From: Octopus bimaculoides
Lineage: Eukaryota
DNA: 64,000 bases
NCBI RefSeq assembly: GCF_001194135.2
Contig: NC_068981.1
Coordinates: 149,615,108-149,679,107, forward strand
Reading direction: 5' to 3'
Positions 23,878-34,560 of the stretch are shown in pieces (the first letter of the stretch is position 1; the number at the start of each line of letters is the position of its first letter). Under the pieces are notes generated by a model that was not told where the DNA came from, did no database searches, and saw only the letters and a program-made list of their open reading frames with translations. The translations under genes and the position numbers were made by a program.

Positions 23878-24037
23878 ACGCAGGCATGGCTGTGTGGTAA
23901 GAAGCTTGCTTCCCAACCACATGGTACCCGTTCAATCCCACTGTATGGCACCTTGACCTAGTGTCTTCTACTATAGCCTCGGGCTATACTATTGTGAGTG
24001 AATTTGGTAGACGGAAACTGAAAGAAGCGCGTCGTAT
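23878..24037 (+). mobile_element. tRNA-derived octopus-type SINE, 5' half
   Basis: CGCAGGCATGGCTGTGTGGTAAGAAGCTTGCTTCCCAACCACATGG...GACGGAAACTGAAAGAAGC, homologous to 645-1064. Confidence 0.85.
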
Positions 24038-24365
24038 AATATATATATATATATATATATATANNNNNNNNNNNNNNNNNNNNNNNNNNNNNNNNNNNNN
24101 NNNNNNNNNNNNNNNNNNNNNNNNNNNNNNNNNNNNNNNNNNNNNNNNNNNNNNNNNNNNNNNNNNNNNNNNNNNNNNNNNNNNNNNNNNNNNNNNNNNN
24201 NNNNNNNNNNNNNNNNNNNNNNNNNNNNNNNNNNNNNNNNNNNNNNNNNNNNNNNNNNNNNNNNNNNNNNNNNNNNNNNNNNNNNNNNNNNNNNNNNNNN
24301 NNNNNNNNNNNNNNNNNNNNNNNNNNNNNNNNNNNNNNNNNNNNNNNNNNNNNNNNNNNNNNNNN

Positions 24366-24400
<35 letters not shown>

Positions 24401-24404
24401 GGAT

Positions 24405-24840
24405 ATGTAATCCATAGACTTAAAGAATGAAGTAGATAAAATCTGGGCTACATATGCTTCATAGCGAACGAAATCTCGCAAGCAGTAAAAATCCGCGTGA
24501 GGTGTACACCGGAGGCTACTCTTCAGGCCAAGATTGTCTTGATTATATGAAGTTTACTTCGTCGTTAGGAGGCCCATGTTAACACATGGAAGATTCGATC
24601 AGAATGTATAACCTGGACTTTATCTACTCTATTCATTAACTCTTGGATTTTTATTCGTATACCCTGCAACCCTGGCTGTCAACCGTGAAATATAAATTTT
24701 TTTTCAACTTATCGTACTTCGATACGGGAAAAATTCACAACCACCCGCACTAATAAACCAGTATTGTTCCTGAAAATTGTTTTTAATATTTTCTACGGAT
24801 TGCTTGAAGCTCACTTTCTTCCTATAGATCCTTAGATCTT
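24405..24840 (+). repeat. Second, more deleted copy of the repeat at 14-515
   Basis: Shares GGGCTACATATG, GAGGTGTA.ACC and TACGGATTGCTTGAAGCTCACTTTCTTCCTATA. The right inverted arm is largely missing. Confidence 0.7.
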
Positions 24841-24917
24841 ACATTTACATATATATAAATATGTATGAATGTAAATGTATATGTATATATGTATGCTGTA
24901 ATTTTAAATCGTATTAG

Positions 24918-24970
24918 CCATTGCTGGCTTGTAATTTAATGACTGGCAGAATATTTGAATACCTTGCGCA
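24918..24970 (+). CDS. Candidate short coding exon of an unidentified host gene (PLLACNLMTGRIFEYLA)
   Basis: tattag|...|gtaaac, entry phase 0, exit phase 2, compatible with 25245. Donor only moderate. Confidence 0.25.
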
Positions 24971-25244
24971 GTAAACTCCATCTCTTATATCCTTTGGTTT
25001 ATGTCATCCAAGAATATCTATTCTAATTGATCAACGAAATAGAATCTGATCTTACTGACTTGCACAAAAACATTATAGCTGATTTTGTTTTTGTATAATA
25101 AATGTTCCACTTAATTTTCCGCAGAACATATACCGCTAATTACCAACCAAGTGCGCTGTGAAATAAATTCCACTTTCTTCAATCTCACTACATTTCAATT
25201 GCCAACCAATCCATAATGAGGTTGTATATACATCATTTTTTTAG

Positions 25245-25293
25245 AATGCTGTTAAACATACCGGCAGAACAATGGCTGAATTTGTCTTCGAAG
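25245..25293 (+). CDS. Candidate short coding exon (MLLNIPAEQWLNLSSK)
   Basis: Strong acceptor catcatttttttag, donor aag|gtgaac, entry phase 2, exit phase 0. Confidence 0.33.
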
Positions 25294-25686
25294 GTGAACT
25301 ATGTACTTAAAAGTGGTCTGTGTGTTACTGACGAACTTGTGCGATCGGTGTTCAGCTAAAAATTATTGTTGGCCAATATTTGTAGAAAGAATGTGATAGT
25401 TTATAGAAGGTGGACAGAGCACACTGTCGAGAAACACTGAAACGTTGTGTTCTAATACAAACATGTCGAGTTAAGGTATGAGCGATTAATAGACAAAATA
25501 GGTGAGCAACTTAGTCAGGTGAGGGCTAAAGAGAAGCTGCATTTAAACCTTGTTTGGTAGGTACTTAGGATGATGTTAATGACAAGGTAATATATAGAAA
25601 AAGCTGAAAATTGTGAACTGTAATACCTGAACCCTTAGGAATTGTAAACTTCTAGACACACACATGTGCGCGCGCATACAAATACT

Positions 25687-25948
25687 TATTGGGTTAGTGC
25701 ATAATTGTTGTGGCTTTTTTTCAACAAATTTTATTCAACAAAAGCAATAACAACATATAATAAAAACATCTTTAAATGATTATTTCCGGTCATATTCACC
25801 ATCTACTTTAATTACAGTTTCCTATTTGCTTGGCAGACGGTCAGACCGTCATTTAAAGATGTTTTTGTAAAATACTGTTATTGCTTTTTTTTTGTTGAAT
25901 AAAATTTGTTGAAAAAAAAAGCCGCAATAATTATGCACCAACCCAATA
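25687..25948. mobile_element. Mariner-derived MITE with ~100-bp terminal inverted repeats
   Basis: TATTGGGTTAGTGCATAATTGTTGTGGC...AACATCTTTAAATGA mirrored by TCATTTAAAGATGTT...GCCGCAATAATTATGCACCAACCCAATA. Hsmar1/MADE1-like TIR, TA ends. Confidence 0.88.
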
Positions 25949-26095
25949 TATACACACATATGCATGTGACAACTGGAAAGATAATTCCCTCTCTTGTAAT
26001 GAGCAACGAAATGATTCAGACAGATTTTAGAAAACTTTTACCTGTATTCATGTTTGATGATAGAGTTATGTTTAACTTCAGCTCTCTTGTGATAG

Positions 26096-26185
26096 AACAC
26101 ATTTGAGATAGCAGCGATTGAACAATATCATGAATCCATTTATCTCACTCTGCCAGATCTTTATGTCACTTCTTTGAATTTACTG
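26096..26185 (+). CDS. Candidate coding exon (NTFEIAAIEQYHESIYLTLPDLYVTSLNLL)
   Basis: Acceptor ctctcttgtgatag, perfect donor ctg|gtaagt, 90 nt, phase 0-0, no stop. Confidence 0.45.
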
Positions 26186-27649
26186 GTAAGTGTGATACAT
26201 TGAGTGCGTAGATTTCAGATCCTACCTCAATACACAATCAACCATCTATCACATATATTCAATTATTTTTATATGTATCATTGTCGTTTATCCTTCTGTA
26301 ATTATAACAAAGTTTCTGCCAGTATAAGGAATTGAATGAAGATTATTCACGTCGTATACAATTATTGACTTAGTGTTATGGAACTGAGCGTTGTAATAAA
26401 CTTCAGTTTTAAATTAAGGTTATATTGGAATTTATCATTGAAGATAAAATGACATTTTTCTAATTAGATAATCGGAAAATACGTACACCATGTAAATAAT
26501 CTTCTAAAAGCATTTTCCTTAGAGAAGAGTAATGAAAAGTATGGTTAAAGTAGCTAATGTTTAGATTGAAGTATTACATATCAAAGTCTGGAAATAAAGA
26601 GAATACTGTTTGAAATAATATTGTTTTCTGCGAAAAACAGTTTGGACAAACCTTCTGATATATGGTTCTGAGTAGTGAAAAACAAAATGGTCTAAAGCAA
26701 ACACATTTCAATCAATATGGTTTTAATGTCAGTTCGAGTTAATATTTTGTTAATAAAACAGATCTTTCACCAATCTCAGGAATGTATATTCGTAATAATA
26801 AAATGTAGATAATTGGAATAAAAATTAAATTTTTATGTTTTAAATATTCTGAATAAAATTACATTCAAAAACTGTATTCATACTTATTCACATTGCTGAT
26901 AGTCAGTTGGCGCCACTGTTCAATGTATCAATGATCTGACAAAATATGAATGATAGACGAAAGTCCCAAGATAATAAATTTGTGACTAAACCAGAAGGAT
27001 TTACATTACTTTAATCTCTGCAACAATGTTGTGTAAATAGAAATTGTAGCTTCATGAAAGATTTAATTTCTACAGCACTGATTCAGTAACTGGCTACAAA
27101 CAATCTTAAAAATTATTGTGACACAAAGTATAATTGTTCAATATAGATAGAGAATGAAACTAAAAATATTAGTCGGTATTCAGTTAGGTCTCGAATAATA
27201 TTTTGAAAAATATTCATTGAAATATATTAGGTTTGTGAATGCAGGAAGAGCAATTTCAAAGATATATAACTTTGGTGAAAGGGTATATAAATAACTGTAA
27301 GAAAATATACGACATAAAACTAGAAAAAAACATTCACAAAGATTTAGAGACGGAAATACAATTAGAATACAATTACGAATACAATTAAAATAAATATAAT
27401 ATAAAGATCTCCAGAATGTAAAACATGCTTTATGCAAATGATATCAACAAGAACATACTAAAATAAATCGGGTTTAAAAAAACACGATCGCTTCTTCTGG
27501 AATACAAAGTAATTTGAAACAAATGTCATCAGATATGGTATAAATCCCAACGACATAATCCACCCTATAGTGCCCCAGAAAACAAAATGTACAAGTATAC
27601 GAAGTTTTAAAGTGTTTCGGTAGAAAACATACTAAATACAAACTAAATA

Positions 27650-28370
27650 AAAAATGGTGTCCACCAAATCAGAAAGATCCTTATCTTGTGCAAAAGAAAG
27701 CAGGCGGAAGAAAGTCCTAGGAACAAAGTGATATTTGGATGGAGTTGGGAATAATTGGATAATAATTCACAGAGCAGAATTATGAAGCATTTAAGGACCT
27801 GTGTAAATGAGTGATTAACAAACAGAAAACGTACTGTAAAAGAAAATCAAACACATTTCGCAATGACAAAATTATCATAACAGAACATTGGAGGCCCACG
27901 ACAACTAGCAAGGAATTGGGGAAAAAGATAAAAGCCTCAGTCAGCTAGAAAAAGTTTAGGATAAACAAAGTGAAGTCAACAATGTCTAGCTCAAACTTCA
28001 TATCAGTTATCTTGAATCTATGGTAAAACAGTATTCAATAAGCTAGTAAAAATACATGAAAGAATCAAGAACTGAATTAACACAAGAGGAGAAATCAATA
28101 TTGATTAACAAAAATAAAACACAAGAGTCGCTTCAAATTAAAAACCTACAACTTATTTGCAAACAACACAGAAAGCCCCTAAAACCTATACTTTACAACA
28201 GACTGGCTGCTCACCTAGAAAGCAATAACATTATACAAGAGATACAGAAGTAGTGCTGGAGAGAGGTGTAAGGTAGTAAAGAGCAGCAATCGGTGAATTG
28301 GGCAATTATCAAAAGCAGCAGTAGGTTTAAAATATCTTAGTACAACGTGGGTTAATTACTGAAGAGTAAA
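27650..28370 (+). mobile_element. Highly decayed R4/Dong-clade LINE, N-terminal RT region
   Basis: ILYNRLAAHLESNNIIQEIQK*C..GSKEQQSVNWAII..KYLSTTWVNY* resembles R4-clade LYxHLxxNNxxxxEQKGCxxxxxGTKDQLLIxxxI...NLxxAWIDYKKA. Confidence 0.55.
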
Positions 28371-30334
28371 CTGTTGGGGAGGGGGAATACATTCACACCC
28401 ACGAAATATCATACAAAAGGGCAGAAATTTAGTCTTTTATACTGGACACATTCTAAACCGTGACCTAATGATTTCATCGGCAATTATAAATTACTTACAC
28501 TACTTACAACGTTAAAATATACTAATCACCTTACAAGTCATACATTTATGCACCGAACACAATGCAGCACTTAATAACATCATACAGCTTTGGGACTTCC
28601 TAGATTCTTAAGGAAATATATTGATTTTGCTCTCATCTTCATCTTATACTCTCAAATACTTATTTCCAAAAGAATATACAACCTGGAAAGGAAAATTATA
28701 TTGTATCACTTCTCCCTACCAACTTGACATGTTATAAAATGGTTAAGTGATAAGCGGTTTTTATGTTGGTTATCTCGAAGTTAGCTCTTTTCTACACCTT
28801 TACCAGAAGAGTAAGTTAAGCATCTTTAAATTTTTCAGATAGATAGAAAGGAGGAAGTTGTTATCAGTCTAATATTCTGGTTCGAATGCTTCCAACGTTA
28901 GTGAGCTTTGGCAAAGACAGACGAGACAGGTGTTGGAGTTAAATAGGTTGACAGGTTAATTCTTTTTACATTACTACTGCCCATAAACTGTTTCTAGGCA
29001 ACGGTTTAGGAGAAAGAAAGGAATGCCATTACTTCTACAAAAACTTTATATGTATATGCATATTTAAAATAGCAAGTAAAAGATGGCAATAAAATAAGTG
29101 ATAAAGGTTTTAAAACAACATAATGAGATGGTTAAGAACTAATGGAAATAAAATATGCTAGAGGAGATAACAATAAAAGTGCTAATGAAATGAAATACGA
29201 GATTGTAATAAGATGCCTGATGGAAATGATACAATGAAAGGAAACATCAATATGGGGCAAGCCACTTGTTTACTCTGAATTTAAAGAGACCATAGTTATT
29301 CTGCCGGAAAATTAAACAATGAGAGAGAGGGTTTATTCTGCAGTACATCTCTTAAACATGTAGTGCAATTTGCTGAATCTGAGAAAAATAATTCTGGCGT
29401 AAAATTTCCAAACTCGTGAGACTAGATAACGAAGATTATCTGAACACTTTTTACGGATATAATGGCAGAAAAAGTATCAGCCTTGTGATATTCCGTCGAT
29501 GATAGAAATTAGAATCACAAATAGAGCTCATCACGCATTCGCTTCTGCATTTTATCAAGAGTAGAAGAACCCAACCAAATATATAAGCAGTATTCCATCT
29601 GTGGGAAAATAAACCACTTGTAGCGCTACAATAAAGCATATATAATTTGGGATATTCTAACTTGTTATTACCCTTCCATCTGCTCCTTTAGCAACAAACG
29701 TTGTTTAAGTGTCTCACCTTAAATTTGATGTTAAGAATTTTAGATTCTGTGACGTAGAGAAACACTTAAAGCAGTTTTAGTCTATGTAACAAATAGAAAG
29801 TAGAAGGTAGGAATTTCACGATGGTGGTGGAAAAATACAAGGTTGGTGATGGAAGTATTAAATGTAATAATTCATTTGTTACCCCATTGCCTAATCCCAC
29901 TTAGGTATTGAAAACATCTGCTGCTAGACCTATATGCATGATGTTCTAAGAGATTAACCAGTAAAAATGTGATATCAATAACAATAAACAATCTTTGTCC
30001 GATAGATTATTGATAAATAGAAGGAAGGGCAAAGTGTATTTCAAAGAATAAGTTTCAGGGATACGCCTACATCAATCTTATGGATGTTATTGGACAGACT
30101 GAAGATTGCATGCTCGTCTTATGGATGCATGTTAGTTTCATAGCCTACGTTTTCAGTAGGGTTCTTGTTAACAAGACAATCTAGTTTATTTCTAAGTGCT
30201 AGAGAGGCTCGACTCTTTGCAGACAATAATTAAATGAATTTTATGATATTCTCTGGGGTAAGATTTTTAAAACAGTGAGTGAGAGTTATCTGAACCGTAA
30301 TTTAAAGTCAGAAATAAATGCGGGAATGCCTGAC

Positions 30335-31056
30335 ACAACCAATCAATATTTGCATTATGCATCTCAAACGCAATGAAATCGAACTTGTTTTGAAATGAAT
30401 CATCACTGGTGATGAAAACTGAATTGTCTACAATAACATCAATCGAAAACGATCATGGTCGAAGCGTAATTAACCAGCACAAACCACACCGAAAGCTGAA
30501 TTGCATAAAAAAGTTCATGCTTTCAATTTGGTGGGATTACAAAAGTATTGTGTATTTTGAACTGCTTCGAAGGTACCAAACGATCAATTCAGATGTTTAC
30601 TGTCAACAACTAATTAAACAGGAGGAAGCAATCAAAGAAAAACCACCAGAATTGGCGAATCGTAAAGGAATCGTGTTCCACCATGACAACGCTAGACCAT
30701 ACACATTTTTGCCAACTCGTGAAAAATTATTGGAGCTTGGTGGGAAGTGATGTCACATCTACCATATAACCCTGGCCTTGTATCATCAGATAACCATTTT
30801 TTCGAAGTTCACAAAATTATTTGAATAGTAAAACTTTCAATAATGATGATATCCTGAATAGCACTTGCCTCAGGTTTTGGGTGATAACGACCAGAAGTTG
30901 TATGAGCGTGAAATCATTAAGTTTCCAGAAAGATGGCAAAGGTCGTCGAACAAAATGGAAAATATATAATTGATTAAAGTTCATTCTTTGCATGAAAATA
31001 AAATGACTTTTATTTCAAACTAAAAAGACAGAAATTACTTTCTTGCTATCTCGATA
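30335..31056 (+). mobile_element. Mariner remnant (3' half with TIR)
   Basis: KKFMLSIWWDYKSIVYFELL...DVYCQQL...GIVFHHDNARPYT. Degenerate 3' TIR GAAATTACTTTCTTGCTATCTCGATA. Confidence 0.9.
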
Positions 31057-32325
31057 GTATTCTCATTGTCATTTACTTGAATATTTAGATCCACGTACGT
31101 CCTGGCAGAAAATGGCAACCCTAAAGATCCAGTACATATTAAAACGAAAAACAAAAACAATTAGGAACATTTTAAGGCACAACATCTTAAGACACTTGGA
31201 ATGCAAGTCACTCTCACGCCTAGTTCAGAAGCATCATAAAATACACTGAGATTTGCTTGCTCATCGACGAATAAAAAACATATGCAATAATAGGAACGGG
31301 ATTTATGAAAATGTTCAGGGGTAATGTGAAAACTGGGGGGGGGGTAGTTTTTGCGGCAGATGAGAGAATGTAGTATCTTTACTCCTTTTCATTATAACAC
31401 CTATAGATGTGTAACTAAGAAATTGTTTAAGTACAATATTTAGTTGAAATCTATTGTGGTGAAGAGTCATGAACCGACCATCTATAAACCACATCCACTA
31501 CGTTTAAATCCAATTATGATTGTACATTCGTGTGGCTGATAATAGTTTACTTCGAGTATCTGTTTTTTTTTTTATAAGATTATTTGTTTTACTGGATTTG
31601 GTGCTTAAGTGCTTAAGTCTCTGATTAAACGTTAGTCAAACCAAGTACCGATAACGATATTCTTACAAAACATTGAGAGCAAAACAGTTACGGAAAATTA
31701 TTTTTCTAAAACATTTTCAGCGAAGCCTCACTTTGTTTCCTTCCTTCTTCGTTTTTCTCACATGCACACATGTGCTCACACATTTTTTGAATAATGAAAC
31801 ACGCCTGTGCATCAAAAGGTACACACAGGGTCGTATTCAAAACGCAGACACGTAAGGAGATACAGAGAAACGAACCCTGGAAAACATTGGAACACGCTCA
31901 TATACACATACTTGCTTTTCTATCACAATCAGCATACTTCCATGCAAAGAAATGTATATGCAAACATTCATACTTACAGTAAGATTACATTTTTTTACGT
32001 ACACATAGACAGACAAGCATATTTACAAAAACTTCTAAATATACAGACGGATGTAAACACAAACACATTTAGGTTCACATAAATGTTCACACAATGGACG
32101 CATGCATACATATACATATGATCATTGCAACAAATAAACTCGTACAATATTCCTCTCAATGCAGAATGACTGAAATAGAAACCATTTCTATTGTGAGATG
32201 ATATACATTATATGTAGCTGATCTTATAGCTGATCTTTAATACAGATATACTGTGATATAACTATTAGGTATACATCTATGACCATATAATTGCGGACAA
32301 CGACGTATTAATGATAGCTGTTTAG

Positions 32326-32400
32326 AAAATTCTGAAATTTGGCATGAGTTCTGTTGAAAGTGTGGGAGAAAATTGCGAGGATTGTGAGGAATATATACAG
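32326..32400 (+). CDS. Candidate coding exon ([25 protein letters not shown])
   Basis: Acceptor ctgtttag, strong donor cag|gtgagt, 75 nt, phase 0-0. This is the only open frame of the three. Confidence 0.45.
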
Positions 32401-32405
32401 GTGAG

Positions 32406-32498
<93 letters not shown>

Positions 32499-32689
32499 GT
32501 ATATATATGTATATATATATGTATATATATGTATATATATATGTATATGTATATATATATATGTATGTATACATATATATGTATATATATATAAATATAT
32601 AGACATTGTGTATTTATATACATATATATATGTGCGTGCGTGTGTGTGTGTGAGTGTGTGTGTGTGTGTGTGTGAGGTGTCTTTGTATC

Positions 32690-32895
32690 TTTGTGTCTTT
32701 GTTTATGCCCCTACATCGTTTGACAACCGGTGTTGGTGTTTTTACGTCAACGTAACTTGAGGATTTGGTTAAAAGAGACCTATAAAATAAGTACTAGGCT
32801 TAAAAATAGCTGTGGATTTTTCGACAAAAACACTTCAAGACGTTGCCCTGGCATAGCCGCAGTCGAATGGCTGAAAGAACTGAAGGATAAAGATA
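32690..32895 (+). mobile_element. Octopus-type SINE, 3' half (diverged)
   Basis: CATCGTTTGACAACCGGTGTTGGTG..ACGTC..CGTAACTT...AAGTACTAGGCTT, homologous to 895-1060. Confidence 0.75.
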
Positions 32896-33043
32896 TTCAC
32901 ATACATACATACATACATACATACATACATACATACATACATACATACATAATTACACACGCACGCACGCACGCACACACACACACACACATGCACGCAC
33001 ACAAACACACACGCACACAAGAACGCGTACATACATACATATA

Positions 33044-33131
<88 letters not shown>

Positions 33132-33591
33132 CAGAATCTATTAAGAATGTTCTACGAAAAAGTTAACCATGTAGCGATGTAGTACTGCTGGATTATCCCT
33201 CTGAAGATCTGAAGTATTACTGGTTGTACTCCTAAGTCTTAATATGCATTTTTACCACCTTAGTAAACTACAGTAAAGTGTTTTAACCAAGGCTGCGTCT
33301 GATGTAATAGGGACCGAATGCAGGACATCATCATTGAAATCCCAGTTAACTAACAAATGTGCTATTTCGTGATCAATAAAATATACAAAGCCAGCATTTT
33401 TTTGGGCATTGATTCAATGAACTTATGCGAAGTAAAAATATCTTCCCGTAAGACAAACAATAATTAAACTAAAATCTGTGCAGTATGAAATATTGATTTC
33501 CATCTTTGATAAGAGGCTATGCATTTTGGAGGAGGGATTAGTCACTTAAATCGACATTAGCACTTTGCTAGGGAATATTTCATCGATCCTG

Positions 33592-33724
33592 TAAGGCGGC
33601 GAACTGGAAGAATCGTCAAACATACGGAAAAAGTTTTGCAGTATTTGCTCGAACTCTTTATGCTCTGAACTCAAGTTCCACTGATATAAACTTTGCTTTT
33701 CGTTCTTTCCTGATCGATAAAATT
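33592..33724 (+). mobile_element. Second tRNA-derived SINE family (TAAGGCGGCGAGCTGGC type), diverged 5' part
   Basis: TAAGGCGGCGAACTGGAAGAATCGT...CTGAACTCAAGTTCC...CTTTGC..TTC; homologous to 39459-39672 and 51211-51376. Confidence 0.65.
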
Positions 33725-34044
33725 ATTGGGTTTGATATCATTGACAAACATTTTACGCTCAAAATTGCTGGCCCTGCGCCTAATCGAAAAACACATTATT
33801 GATTCCATAATGCTAAAAGGCAAAGTTGACTCCGGTGTTGTTTGAACTTAGCCAAATGTAGTATAATAAGTTTAGTAGAAGTAGCAGAAAGTCCCAAAGT
33901 GTCCAGTATAAGGCTTATTTTCTTTTTAATATCCCGGTGCACTTTTAAGGACTTTCATAGAATGTAGCTCATTATATATATATGTATATATTTATATATA
34001 TATATATATATATATACATAATTATGTCTTTACGTATATTTCAG

Positions 34045-34081
34045 GAAAGCATGTTACAACTCGAAAACCAATTTCTATTAG
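34045..34081 (+). CDS. Candidate coding exon (ESMLQLENQFLL)
   Basis: Strong acceptor ctttacgtatatttcag, donor tag|gtatgt, 37 nt, phase 0 in and phase 1 out, joins 32326-32400 in frame. Confidence 0.45.
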
Positions 34082-34560
34082 GTATGTAGCATATAGCACC
34101 AGATCACAGAACTGTATGTCCTAAAATATATTAGTTATAAATATAGTCATTTTTTTGTAAAATATTGTTCTTTTCTCACGGCTTACAGTATAACTGAAGA
34201 TCTACCAATATCATCCGTTCCAAAATAAAGTAAAAAGCAAGCTTAACATTTGGATGTACATGCATTTAATAATATGACTGAGTAGTCAAACTTTTAAAAG
34301 ATCGCCTCGCATTTATAGCAACCTCACGTTCATAGCAACGTTTTTTTATGGCATCTTGGGCTAGCGATATTTTCTAGAATCATGGGCTGACTCATACCGT
34401 GTGAGTGCAACTAGGTCGGCAGAAACTATAACGAAAACCGTCAGATGGATTGTATTTCTGATTATAAAGCCCAGCTTTCTCCCACCGTGTTATGTTGATT
34501 CTACCTGATAATTACATATGTGAATATTTTATTGGGTAAATTATGTTTAAAATACTTGGC

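Noticed and set aside
25417-25452. GAGCAC-A-CTGTCGA-GAAACACT-GAAAC-GTT-GTGTTC hammerhead-like string
   Set aside because: Stems I and III fit, but the core has an A-to-T change and no stem II can form; at best a very decayed relic.
34322-34350. Two ATAGCAAC half-sites resembling RFX X-boxes (similar half-sites near 20670 and 22640)
   Set aside because: Only half-sites, no promoter context, and expected by chance.
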